Source: Candidatus Peregrinibacteria bacterium CG10_big_fil_rev_8_21_14_0_10_49_10 (lineage in GTDB: Bacteria; Patescibacteriota; Gracilibacteria; Peribacterales; Peribacteraceae). Taken from it: DNA of 64,000 bases. The stretch lies in contig PFDR01000023.1 in NCBI GenBank assembly GCA_002772545.1, positions 654 through 64,653 of the forward strand. The letters run 5' to 3'. Each line of letters opens with the position of its first letter. The stretch's first letter is position 1. A program made the position numbers and the translations under genes. The notes under the pieces are model-generated. The model searched no databases. It was not told the DNA's origin and saw only the letters and a program-made list of their open reading frames with translations. Shown here one piece after another: positions 1 through 9,312 of the stretch.

Positions 1-398
1 AGTACGGAGCCATCGATATCTTTGCTGTCCTGTATGAGTTTGAGAACAGAGGAAATAAGGGCACTCTCTGCCATAACACCACCGTGTGACTGCAGTATTC
101 CCTTTGCAAGATCGTTCACATCTTCCAGGCGGGTAGTGCGCACGGTGCGACGCAATTTTCCGAGTGCAATACTCTCAATTTGACGAATACGCTCTCTCGT
201 TACATTGAAATGCTTGCCAATTTTCTCAAGTGTTTGCTTTTGATTACCCTGGAGTGCAAACCGCTTCTTAATGACAGCAGCTTCCTTCTCTGTAAGGACA
301 AGGAAAAGACTACTGAGCAACTCATCGAGATTAAGCACAAGCTGCTTGCTTTGCGCTTTCTGCTGAGTAGGGGAGAGTTGGGTAGCGAGATCAGACAT
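1..398 (-). CDS. sigma-70 region-4-like HTH protein, N-terminal part (gene continues beyond window start)
   Basis: Own translation of the minus strand from ATG 398-396: MSDLATQLSPTQQKAQSKQLVLNLDELLSSLFLVLTEKEAAVIKKRFALQGNQKQTLEKIGKHFNVTRERIRQIESIALGKLRR... The TLEKIG..VTRERIRQIE segment is the classic sigma-70 region 4.2 helix-turn-helix. The frame is open to position 1, so it is absent from the ORF track. Confidence 0.6.
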   Translation of the reverse strand, partial: MSDLATQLSPTQQKAQSKQLVLNLDELLSSLFLVLTEKEAAVIKKRFALQGNQKQTLEKIGKHFNVTRERIRQIESIALGKLRRTVRTTRLEDVNDLAKGILQSHGGVMAESALISSVLKLIQDSKDIDGSV

Positions 399-585
399 AG
401 GAAGTGGGAAGAGAACAACCCTCGTTTTACCAAATTATTGACAGAAATGAAAGTTAAGTGAACGGTTTGGGTAGACACAGGCGATAGATAGTGGTTTACC
501 AATCTTCATAATGTAAAACGAAGTGTCCAAAGAACAGAAAGGATACTATTTTAATCAAATTTTAGTATTTGTCAACAATTAACAT

Positions 586-957
586 TCACCTTTTTTGCTG
601 GTCTAAGAAGGTCAAAAGAAGTTGGCATGCTGCGAACGCATCTCCGTCAAAATCTGATCCCTGGGGAGTGCTATATCGTTCGTCTAAAAAAAGGACAGAA
701 AGCCCGCATTTTTGAAGGGCGACGGCAACAGAACGGACGTACCTGCACTGTTCGCCCTCCTCGCCGGAAGGGAGCAGTGGCAGTCCGCAGAGCACTGTGT
801 GCACTCCTTTTTCCTGCGAGCGCAGTGCAACACTCTGCACAAGTTCCTGCACTGTGCGGTGCTCCACAGTATCCAGAGCAACGGGCACGGCAGTCTCCTC
901 ACTCACAAATGCCATACCCGTTCTGCGCTTGCCGATGTCGAGTGCGAGGTAATGCAT
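586..957 (-). CDS. ruvX: YqgF/RuvX-family Holliday junction resolvase-like nuclease
   Basis: 123 aa. N-terminal ALDIGKRRTGMA motif and size are typical of the YqgF family. Confidence 0.8.
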   Translation of the reverse strand: MHYLALDIGKRRTGMAFVSEETAVPVALDTVEHRTVQELVQSVALRSQEKGVHTVLCGLPLLPSGEEGEQCRYVRSVAVALQKCGLSVLFLDERYSTPQGSDFDGDAFAACQLLLTFLDQQKR

Positions 958-1102
958 TACTTTGAATAGTTAACCATGAAGAATTCAGAATTCATAATTC
1001 AGAATGCACAAGTACTTTTTCCCTGGGAACCTGCAGATTTGATGAATATAAGAAAAAATCAGAAGATCCACGTTCCAATTGTGCATTGTGAATTATGAGT
1101 TG

Positions 1103-1366
1103 TTAAGTGTGCGCAGCGACCAATTTCGCCATTCTTGCCTTCTTCCTCGCTGCAGTATTCCTGTGAATAATAAACTTTTTAGCTGCGGTATCTATGGACT
1201 TGTACACTGCCGGGAGCAATGCCTCTGCCTCCTTTTGTTTCCCCTCCTTTACGAGATCCGTCATGGCACGAACCATGGTCTTCATGTACGTTTTATACGG
1301 GAGGCGACGCACACGGCGCACCTCGTTTTGTCTCTTCCGTTTAATAGCGGACTGAATGATAGGCAT
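1103..1366 (-). CDS. rpsT: 30S ribosomal protein S20
   Basis: 87 aa, basic. The MPIIQSAIKRKRQNEVRR... start and ...IIHRNTAARKKARM end match the S20 pattern. Confidence 0.9.
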   Translation of the reverse strand: MPIIQSAIKRKRQNEVRRVRRLPYKTYMKTMVRAMTDLVKEGKQKEAEALLPAVYKSIDTAAKKFIIHRNTAARKKARMAKLVAAHT

Positions 1367-1586
1367 AAAGCGGAGAAAGGGTAGGGGAGAGACCTATAGC
1401 CGTCAAATAAATAAAGAAGTTAACGCCAAACTCGCAGTGGAGAGTGGACAGTGGTCAGTGGTCAGAACTCACACCAGGTTGCAAATAACCGCGAAGTGGC
1501 ATCACACCATGCCGTGATGCTACTGCTGCAACCACTGACCACTGATAACTGCACACCGACAGCGCTCTTTTACGAGCGTATCTCCA

Positions 1587-1616
1587 TTGACTAAACCCTG
1601 TTTCTTCGCTTAAATA
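1587..1616 (+). promoter_or_regulatory. sigma-70-type promoter of glmS (TTGACT-N18-TAAATA), 7 nt before the ATG
   Basis: TTGACT at 1587-1592, TAAATA at 1611-1616 and ATG at 1624 imply a leaderless or near-leaderless transcript. Confidence 0.55.
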
Positions 1617-1623
1617 CGCCCAT

Positions 1624-3399
1624 ATGTGTGGGATTTTTGGGTACGTGGGAAAGCGTACAAACGCCGGCCAGCTGGTTATAGACGGCATAAAGAATCTGGA
1701 GTACAGAGGGTACGATTCTTGGGGAGTCGCGTGTAAGAGGGGAGAGAATATTTTGGTAGAAAAGAACACCGGAAAAATCAGCGGTGTGGATAGCCAGCAA
1801 TTTGCAGAGGAGTGTATGCAGGCTATTGCCCATACGCGCTGGGCAACCCACGGTGGTGTAACGAAAGAAAATGCCCATCCGCATGTAAGTACAGATAGCA
1901 CGATTGCCGTGGTACACAACGGCATTATCGAAAACTATCAGCAACTACGGGATGAACTGAAGAAGAAAGGACACACCTTTCTTTCGGAAACGGACACGGA
2001 GGTCATTCCGCATCTTATAGAGGAGGAGTTGCAGAACACAGAAGACTTTGCCTCCGCCGTGCGGAGCGCATGTAAAAGGTGCGAGGGCCGGTATGCCATA
2101 CTCGCCATGCACACGACCTCTCAAACACTGGTGGCTGCGCGTACGGGCTCTCCGTTGATTGTAGGAGTCTCTCCGGAAGACGGCTACTTCATAGCATCGG
2201 ATATTCCGGCGTTTATGGAGTACACACGCACCGTTCAGTACTTAGATGACGGGGAAATGGTGGTGACCGACGGTCAGAGCATTCTGTTTATGAGTATAGA
2301 GACCGGAGAAGAACACCCGAAACGGGAAATTGAGATCACATGGACGATAGAAGAAGCGCAAAAAGGGGATTTTGATCACTTTATGATGAAAGAAATTATG
2401 GATCAAAAGGAGAGCATTGCCCGTGCGGTGAATCAGGATGAAGAGCAGATTCGGGTTGTGGCAGAGGCAATCAGCAAAGCGAGGGGTACGTTCCTGGTAG
2501 GTTGCGGAACGGCCGGAAAAGCCTGCATGGCCTCCGAGTACTTCTTTTCTGTCATAGCAGATCATCACGTCAATTTTGCACCGGCGAGCGAATTTAAGCT
2601 CTACCATCACTTCCTCAAACAGGAGAGCCTGCTCATCGTTATTAGTCAGAGTGGAGAAACGGCAGACGTACTGGAAGCTATGAAGGTAGCAAAATCCAAG
2701 GGTGCTAAGGTGCTTGCCATTGTCAACGTAGAAGGCTCAACCATAGACCGTGAAGCGGATTACTCCCTCCTCATTAATGCAGGACCGGAACGCGCCGTAG
2801 CTTCCACCAAAGCACTCACAGGGCAGCTCGCGGTGCTCATGCTCATTGCTTATGCTATGGCAGGTAAGCTCCGGGAGGGGAAGACGCTGCTCCTGGAAAC
2901 CGCCTCTCTCATCAACGACATGCTGAACCCCCGGTACATCCGGAGAATTGAAGATTTGGCAGAGAGCATAAAGGAGAAGGAGGACCTCTACATTATCGGG
3001 AAGAGCTGGAACTACCCTATGGCACTGGAGAGCGCGATTAAAATACAGGAGGTAAGTAATGTTCACGCCGAAGGCTTTGCCGGTGGTGAATTGAAACACG
3101 GACCTATTGCCCTTGTAGAAGATAAAACCCCCTGTATAGCACTCGTCGGCAATGATGAAGTAACAACGGATATACTCAGCAATACCATAGAGCTCAAAGC
3201 ACGCGGTGCGCAGACCATAGGTGTTTCTCCTTCGAACAATGAAGCCTTTGATGAGTGGATCAAAGTGCCGGATGCCGGCCATGCGCAGGCACTGGTCAAC
3301 ATTATCCCCATTCAGATTTTGGCATACTTTTTGGCTGTGAAGAGAGGGAAAGATCCGGACATGCCGAGGAATTTGGCAAAGTCGGTGACGGTGAAGTAA
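1624..3399 (+). CDS. glmS: glutamine--fructose-6-phosphate aminotransferase
   Basis: 591 aa. Has the MCGIFGY N-terminal Cys nucleophile, tandem SIS domains and the C-terminal LAKSVTVK. Confidence 0.97.
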   Translation: MCGIFGYVGKRTNAGQLVIDGIKNLEYRGYDSWGVACKRGENILVEKNTGKISGVDSQQFAEECMQAIAHTRWATHGGVTKENAHPHVSTDSTIAVVHNGIIENYQQLRDELKKKGHTFLSETDTEVIPHLIEEELQNTEDFASAVRSACKRCEGRYAILAMHTTSQTLVAARTGSPLIVGVSPEDGYFIASDIPAFMEYTRTVQYLDDGEMVVTDGQSILFMSIETGEEHPKREIEITWTIEEAQKGDFDHFMMKEIMDQKESIARAVNQDEEQIRVVAEAISKARGTFLVGCGTAGKACMASEYFFSVIADHHVNFAPASEFKLYHHFLKQESLLIVISQSGETADVLEAMKVAKSKGAKVLAIVNVEGSTIDREADYSLLINAGPERAVASTKALTGQLAVLMLIAYAMAGKLREGKTLLLETASLINDMLNPRYIRRIEDLAESIKEKEDLYIIGKSWNYPMALESAIKIQEVSNVHAEGFAGGELKHGPIALVEDKTPCIALVGNDEVTTDILSNTIELKARGAQTIGVSPSNNEAFDEWIKVPDAGHAQALVNIIPIQILAYFLAVKRGKDPDMPRNLAKSVTVK

Positions 3400-3660
3400 G
3401 GGTTTGACCTCACCCCCTCACCCCCTCTCCTCCACTTCCATTTTGTGTATGGAGAGGAGAAGTAGTATGAAGTTCTTAGCAAGAAAAACACCTTCCAGGA
3501 GAGGGGGGACAAAGAATCCAAATGAAAAAGCCCCTCTCCTCGAAGGGGTCGCATCTTCTGAAATTTTCACAATAGAGGGATTACTTCAACCTCCACGGAA
3601 ATGGAGGAGAGGGGAAACCCGCCCCCGCCTTGCGGGGCGGAAAGGGGTGAGGTCAAACCC
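3400..3660. repeat. 261-bp nested palindromic element filling the convergent glmS/PBP intergenic gap
   Basis: Perfect 17-bp inverted repeat GGGTTTGACCTCACCCC (3400-3416) / GGGGTGAGGTCAAACCC (3644-3660). Second-tier arms are CCCTCTCCTCC.. / ..GGAGGAGAGGG. An inner 10-bp hairpin is AGGAGAGGGG (3497-3506) / CCCCTCTCCT (3531-3540), and a 7-bp hairpin sits at 3619-3640. Confidence 0.8.
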
Positions 3661-6188
3661 TATTTCTCATCCGGCGGAATGCCGTAGTACTTAAACAAGA
3701 ACGCTGCAATGTCCTTAAAAACCGGAGCAGCTGTAACAGACCCATACTCCCGGGAACGGGGACGATCAAACTTCACAAGAATCACAAATTTTGGTTCATG
3801 GGGCGGAGCATACCCAACAAAGGACGCTATGGAAGAACCTGTCCCTGTTTCGTACTTTCCACCGGGACCGGCTATTTGACTGGTACCTGTTTTACCGGCA
3901 ATGCGATAACCCGGAACTTTACCCGGCTTGGCGTATCCGTTTTGCACCGAACTCACGAGCATAGCAGTGATGGTATCTGCGCTCTCTGTGGTAATGACTT
4001 GGTCGACGATATGGGGTTTTGTGCTCTGCTGTGTGCCATCACTGGTAATAATACTGTCTATGACAGTGGGTCGCATCAGTTTTCCACCGTTGGCGAGTGC
4101 TGCAAATGCAGTAATCATCTGGAGTGGTGTGGCAGAAATTCCCTGACCGTAGGCGGCTGTTGCAAGGAGGGCATTACTCCAGTTTCTCCACGGGAGAATT
4201 TCTCCGGGAAGCTCATCTTCCAGTTCTATGCCGGTAATATTCCCAAAACCGAAGGCATAGAGCATGCGATGAAAGAGTTTACGACCGAGCTTGGCAGAAA
4301 CGTGTGTCATGCAGGTGTTAATGGAAAACTCCAGACACTGGGTCATGGTCACATCTCCAAACTGACGGTTAAACGCGTTACGAATGGTATATTCATCCAC
4401 TTCCACAGGTTTATCATCCTGATAGTGATCAGAGGGCGTTACCTCTCCCTGATCAAGAGCAATGGCCATTGTGACGGGCTTGAGCACAGACCCCGGCTCG
4501 TAAATTTCCTGAATGGTTCTGTTGAGGTAGGCACCCACACCCAGATTATTCTCATACTTGAGCCAAATTTCAGGACGGCTGGTGGGAAAAATCTCCCGAC
4601 GGCTGTTTTCCCCTATGTACTGGTAGTAGCGGACGACATCTTCCAGATTGTGGTAGTTCTGAATCTCACGTACGTCCTGCTGCTTCTGTTCACTGAGAGA
4701 AGCAAAACCCTGGTCTGTAAACAGGTCTCCGAAGTAGGCTTTTAAAATAAATTGATGCGTATCGGGATGGTACAGCTCCACAACAATTTCACGTTGCTTC
4801 CTCTCATCCAGATAAATGGGTATTTTCCCATACACGTTCCCGTAGGAATTGGCATTGAACAAAGGCGCATTGGCCATTGCAATAATGCGCCCGGTAGCGG
4901 GGTCCATGACAATGACCTGACCGCTGTCGGCATCATATTTCTCTACGGCTTTGTTCAGGATGCCCTCAATTTCCCTCTGGACATACCGGTCGATGGTAAG
5001 AACCACCGTATCACCGTCCTTAGGGTCTATAATCCGCTGTTCGGCTGTAAGAATTTGACCGCCTGTAGGGTCATTCACTGTGCGGATGAGACCTTCCTGC
5101 CCGCGAAGCTGAGGATCGAACGTACGCTCTATGCCATACTGCGCTTCCTGGGTTGAATTCAAAAATCCCACAACATGCGACGCCACACTCGCATCCGGAT
5201 AAAATCTCCAGTGTTCCGGAATTAATGCGATGCTGCGCAGCGGGTCGACAATGTTCTGTGCGGCTTCCGTACTGGGTGCATTCTTCTTGCGCTCCAGTGT
5301 GGCAAGAAGAGAATTCTGCTGCATTTCCCGGATGGCAGAGGAAAGCAACGGAGGAAGGCGACGCATAATGGGAACGTAACGAAGTGGCCTGCTCCGCATA
5401 CTGTTACGCAGTACGGCAGGGTCAGTTTGAAGAGGATCAGCCAGTTTACGCGCAATACCGGAAAGCTTTCCCTGGTCTACTTCTTCGGGGTTACAGAAGA
5501 TGAGACGTACGTCTTGTTCCACATACACACCATAAATTCCCAGGTCCTCAACGAGCTTCATTTGTACTTTATTGGCACCATAGAGAAGAGGCACAAACGT
5601 GACTCTCTTTTCGGCAATGCGCTTTTCGATGTCCCGGGTGAACTTTCTGCGTACCTCCAGCACATCCATTGTTGCCTCAAGTGGTGCAGTGGGCAGTTCC
5701 TTTGGAATAGGTTCGAGCAAGCGACCTGTTCCGATATTTGGAATGGACTCCAGCGGGTCGAATGCAAAGGAGTAGTAGGGCCAGAGTTCTCTGGGACAAA
5801 GATCTTCTCCCCGCATGCAGGCGGCATGGAATTCGTCTGTGACGAGTACGTCTGCTATTTGCTTGGCAACAAAACCGGGATCGTTGGTCACGAGAGGATC
5901 AACGTAAATCATATCGAGCGTCGTGTTGGTAGCCAGTATGCTCACTTCGCCACTTTTACTGTTCCGACTGAGAATTTCACCCCGTTTTGCCGGAAGGGAA
6001 ACTCCTCCGTAGTGTTGCTCCTGTGCCAGACTGTGATACTCAGCACCGCGCACTATCTGCAGTTCTATAAGACGTGCCACCACAACGAGCCCGCACACGG
6101 ACAGAATGCCGTACACCATGAACATGCGCTGTACCACAGAACGTTTGCGCTGGGTTTCTGAAATGGCATATCGGTTTCTGGCTGACAC
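3660..6188 (-). CDS. class B penicillin-binding protein (PBP2/FtsI-type transpeptidase), unusually long
   Basis: 842 aa with an N-terminal TM anchor. Motifs SVLK (SxxK), SIN (SxN) and KTGT are present. GTG start is preceded by TGcTACGCT-N6. Confidence 0.85.
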   Translation of the reverse strand: MSARNRYAISETQRKRSVVQRMFMVYGILSVCGLVVVARLIELQIVRGAEYHSLAQEQHYGGVSLPAKRGEILSRNSKSGEVSILATNTTLDMIYVDPLVTNDPGFVAKQIADVLVTDEFHAACMRGEDLCPRELWPYYSFAFDPLESIPNIGTGRLLEPIPKELPTAPLEATMDVLEVRRKFTRDIEKRIAEKRVTFVPLLYGANKVQMKLVEDLGIYGVYVEQDVRLIFCNPEEVDQGKLSGIARKLADPLQTDPAVLRNSMRSRPLRYVPIMRRLPPLLSSAIREMQQNSLLATLERKKNAPSTEAAQNIVDPLRSIALIPEHWRFYPDASVASHVVGFLNSTQEAQYGIERTFDPQLRGQEGLIRTVNDPTGGQILTAEQRIIDPKDGDTVVLTIDRYVQREIEGILNKAVEKYDADSGQVIVMDPATGRIIAMANAPLFNANSYGNVYGKIPIYLDERKQREIVVELYHPDTHQFILKAYFGDLFTDQGFASLSEQKQQDVREIQNYHNLEDVVRYYQYIGENSRREIFPTSRPEIWLKYENNLGVGAYLNRTIQEIYEPGSVLKPVTMAIALDQGEVTPSDHYQDDKPVEVDEYTIRNAFNRQFGDVTMTQCLEFSINTCMTHVSAKLGRKLFHRMLYAFGFGNITGIELEDELPGEILPWRNWSNALLATAAYGQGISATPLQMITAFAALANGGKLMRPTVIDSIITSDGTQQSTKPHIVDQVITTESADTITAMLVSSVQNGYAKPGKVPGYRIAGKTGTSQIAGPGGKYETGTGSSIASFVGYAPPHEPKFVILVKFDRPRSREYGSVTAAPVFKDIAAFLFKYYGIPPDEK

Positions 6189-6227
6189 ACGCGAAGCGTA
6201 GCACAGCAGCCTAAATCATGGTACAAT

Positions 6228-7358
6228 ATGGAGATGACTGATACACAGGAACATTGGGAGACGTTCCCCTGGGAGACGCTCGACGGCACGGCACTGCTCG
6301 AGGCACTGCAGAAGTACAGTATTGAGAAAGGGGTTTCGGACATCCATACCTCTCCCGAAAAAGAATGTGTACGTCTGGAAGTGCGATTGCATGGTGTGCT
6401 TCTGCCCTTGGCAAAATTACTGGAGAAGAACTACATTGACCTGGTCCGGAGGATCAAGTTCCTCTCCAAACTGAAGCTGAACGTCACGAATGTTCCACAG
6501 GACGGTCAGTATACATTTCAGGCACCTGAGCGGAGAGTAAACGTACGTGTAGCCAGTATTCCATCGCGGTTCGGTGAAACCTTCACACTACGACTGCTGG
6601 ATCCGAAAAAAGGGATTGTTCCGCTGGAAAAACTGGGCTTCCCCGATGTGATTCATACAAAACTTGCTGAACTGACCCAAATGCCCAATGGGCTTATTCT
6701 GGTAACCGGTCCTACGGGCTCTGGAAAAACAACCACACTCTACGCGCTGCTCAATACCATGGTGGGCAAAGAACGAAACATCATCACATTGGAAGATCCC
6801 ATTGAGTATGAGTTACCGGGCATTGTACAGAGTCAGGTGGACCATGAACATGAGTACGACTTTGCGCGCGGACTGCGCTCCATTCTCCGTCATGACCCCG
6901 ATGTGGTACTGGTGGGAGAAATTCGTGATATGGAAACGGCACAAACAGCCATAGATGCTTCACTTACAGGCCACCTTGTTCTTTCCACGCTGCACACCAA
7001 CTCTGCCATAGAAGCCATCCCGCGCTTTCTTTCTATGGGTGTGAGTCCCTATACCTTTGCACCTTCCCTTCGTGCGGTGCTCGCACAGCGTCTTGTGCGT
7101 ACGGTAACACCGGAATGCAAAAAAGAAGGGGCACAGTGTGATCCCGCAGACCACACGACCTACGATGGCGTAAAGGCTCTTCCGGAACTGCTGGTGGCAA
7201 CGCCTGAAATACGTGAACACATCCTGCAAAATGATACTGCCGCAGACATCGAAAAAGTTGCACGCGAGCAGGGGTACATGGAAATGAAAGACTGGGGAAA
7301 GATCTTTGTGGAGAATGGCGTGACGAATGAGTCCGAAGTCACACGGGTAACGATGTAG
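6228..7358 (+). CDS. GspE/PilB-family type II/IV secretion ATPase (short form)
   Basis: Walker A GPTGSGKTTT, VVLVGEIRDMETA, and His box GHLVLSTLHTN. The real start may be the second ATG at 6234, which lies 6 nt after TGgTACAAT. Confidence 0.85.
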   Translation: MEMTDTQEHWETFPWETLDGTALLEALQKYSIEKGVSDIHTSPEKECVRLEVRLHGVLLPLAKLLEKNYIDLVRRIKFLSKLKLNVTNVPQDGQYTFQAPERRVNVRVASIPSRFGETFTLRLLDPKKGIVPLEKLGFPDVIHTKLAELTQMPNGLILVTGPTGSGKTTTLYALLNTMVGKERNIITLEDPIEYELPGIVQSQVDHEHEYDFARGLRSILRHDPDVVLVGEIRDMETAQTAIDASLTGHLVLSTLHTNSAIEAIPRFLSMGVSPYTFAPSLRAVLAQRLVRTVTPECKKEGAQCDPADHTTYDGVKALPELLVATPEIREHILQNDTAADIEKVAREQGYMEMKDWGKIFVENGVTNESEVTRVTM

Positions 7359-7418
7359 TTGGTTATTGGTTGTTGGTTATTGGTTATTCGTCGAAAGACA
7401 CAAACAACCAATAACCAA
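7359..7418. repeat. hairpin built from GGTTATT-type heptamers directly after the secretion ATPase stop
   Basis: TTGGTTATTGGTTGTT (7359-7374) is the perfect complement of AACAACCAATAACCAA (7403-7418). Confidence 0.8.
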
Positions 7419-7489
7419 TAACCACTCACCAATCACAAAAAACAAACGCATAGCGAGCAACATCCTGAGACAAATGCCTTGCGGGAAGC

Positions 7490-9274
7490 TTGGATTTCCC
7501 CGTACCATACTCTTCCTCTATGCGACGGTACAGACACATCCATCGGCGACGGTACGGAGACTACCCCCACGAAGGTCCCGTGCGACGGAATGTGATGCGC
7601 TCTGTTCTGCTGGTAATTGTACTCTTTGTAGCAGTCAAGTGGGTACTTGCGTACTTTGGAGTGGGAAATACCATTCAGCAACAGGGAAGCACACTGCACA
7701 TAACAGATACAGCGCATGTGGAAGTTTCAATAGAAGGAGGAGAACTCAAGCGTGCGGAAAATGAGCAGAAGCTCTACCCGGGTGATCGTGTCACAACAGG
7801 AATTGCCTCACATGCTGTTTTATCATTTTTTGATCATGCGGTTGTGCGGCTGAATGAGCTCACGGATCTTACTATAGAGGAAAGTCACTCTGCAGTAATG
7901 ACCTCACAACTTTCCCTCCTTCTGCGCGAAGGAAGTATATGGATTTCTACACCGGAGAAGCAGATCTTTTCCGGCTCTATGACGCGTACAGTACGTACGG
8001 CCGACATGACGCTCTCTCTCCCCTCCAACACCGAAAGCGTGGTTACAGAGAGATCACTTGTGGTGTTTCGTGCAGATGGCCTTGGAGTGACGTTGGATGC
8101 CAAAGAGGGGGTAGTTCCTGTTATAGTGGGGGAAGGACAGAAGTTTGTTCTTCCTCCTTCCTACACCGAGGAAACCGACCTCTATGCGTATCGTTCACCA
8201 TTGGACCCCCTTGCGGTACAGTCGTTGTTTGTGCAGGAAAGTCGGGCAGAACTGGCACGTAGCAGAGCAGTTGCGGCAACTGAGGGCAATCCTGTTACTC
8301 CGGAGAACACAGAACCGGAGGAAGATGACCTACTGAGCGTAACCGTGCCCGAAAACAATGCGATTCTCAAAGCCCCGACTGTGGAAGTACGTGGAACTGC
8401 GGGCAGGAACATTGCCAGTGTACGTATAAATGGATACACGGCCCCCTTTGAACAGGGTACCCGGACGTTCGCACTTGAAATTGCCCTCCCGGACGAAGAC
8501 CAGGTGGAAATAGCAGTAGCAGGACTGGATACAGACGGAAGTGTACTCAAAGAAGTAAGGCGCATGGTATCACGTGACAGAAAACCTCCCGCCTCTCCAA
8601 AAATCACCAGCCCGGCTCACGAAGGGCAAACGTACAGAACGGGCAGTGAACGGTTTGTGATAGCCGGAACAGTCTCACCGGATACCATCAGTGTGATAGT
8701 AAATGACTACAAGCTGCAACTCTACAAGCCGGGCAGCACAACGTGGACCTACCTTGCGAGTACTTCCATAGATAATCTGCATGCAGGAACAAACGTCTAC
8801 TCTGTGGTCAGCATGAATCGTGGCGGCTACAGGAGCGCACCTGCTGTACTCACTGTCCTTCTGGAAGAGGGTCCCGAAGGAGTCGTAGAGGTGGGAAATG
8901 AGAGTTCCAGTGGAAGTGCAACAACCGCAGAGGATACTGAGTCGAGCGAGGCCTTCAATGTACGCGAACTACCCAAAAATGCACCTCTGCAACCCGGAAG
9001 CCTGCAGGTAACAGGACCGACACCCGGCACGCATCATACGGCGACAGGCAGCTCCTTCCTTATACAGGGAACAACTGTTCCTTCTACCTTCTCCCTGTGG
9101 GTAAATGACTACCGTCTTCGCCTGTACGAACCGGGAAAAACAACCTGGAACTACATCGCCGATACCAATTTGCGTACGCTGCACCGCGGACAGAACGAAT
9201 ACACTATTGTGACCCGGGACAATCAGAATAGAATTCTGGATACGTTGACCTACTTGGTTGAGTATCAACCCTAA
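7490..9274 (+). CDS. membrane-anchored protein with a FecR-like domain and duplicated C-terminal beta-rich domains
   Basis: 594 aa with TM segment SVLLVIVLFVAVKWVLAYF and a FecR-like stretch (YPGDRVTTG..AVLSFFDHAVVRL). Two related C-terminal modules are present (VNDYKLQLYKPGSTTWTY... / VNDYRLRLYEPGKTTWNY...). The start codon is uncertain. Confidence 0.5.
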   Translation: MDFPVPYSSSMRRYRHIHRRRYGDYPHEGPVRRNVMRSVLLVIVLFVAVKWVLAYFGVGNTIQQQGSTLHITDTAHVEVSIEGGELKRAENEQKLYPGDRVTTGIASHAVLSFFDHAVVRLNELTDLTIEESHSAVMTSQLSLLLREGSIWISTPEKQIFSGSMTRTVRTADMTLSLPSNTESVVTERSLVVFRADGLGVTLDAKEGVVPVIVGEGQKFVLPPSYTEETDLYAYRSPLDPLAVQSLFVQESRAELARSRAVAATEGNPVTPENTEPEEDDLLSVTVPENNAILKAPTVEVRGTAGRNIASVRINGYTAPFEQGTRTFALEIALPDEDQVEIAVAGLDTDGSVLKEVRRMVSRDRKPPASPKITSPAHEGQTYRTGSERFVIAGTVSPDTISVIVNDYKLQLYKPGSTTWTYLASTSIDNLHAGTNVYSVVSMNRGGYRSAPAVLTVLLEEGPEGVVEVGNESSSGSATTAEDTESSEAFNVRELPKNAPLQPGSLQVTGPTPGTHHTATGSSFLIQGTTVPSTFSLWVNDYRLRLYEPGKTTWNYIADTNLRTLHRGQNEYTIVTRDNQNRILDTLTYLVEYQP

Positions 9275-9312
9275 AGGGTACAGCAATAGTTACAGCATGG
9301 TACACTTAGCGT

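Noticed and set aside
1367-1623. Possible glmS ribozyme in the region upstream of glmS
   Set aside because: A TTGACT-N18-TAAATA promoter sits 7 nt before the ATG, so there is essentially no 5' UTR. I could not find the conserved ribozyme core segments. The hairpins present belong to the heptamer-repeat family.
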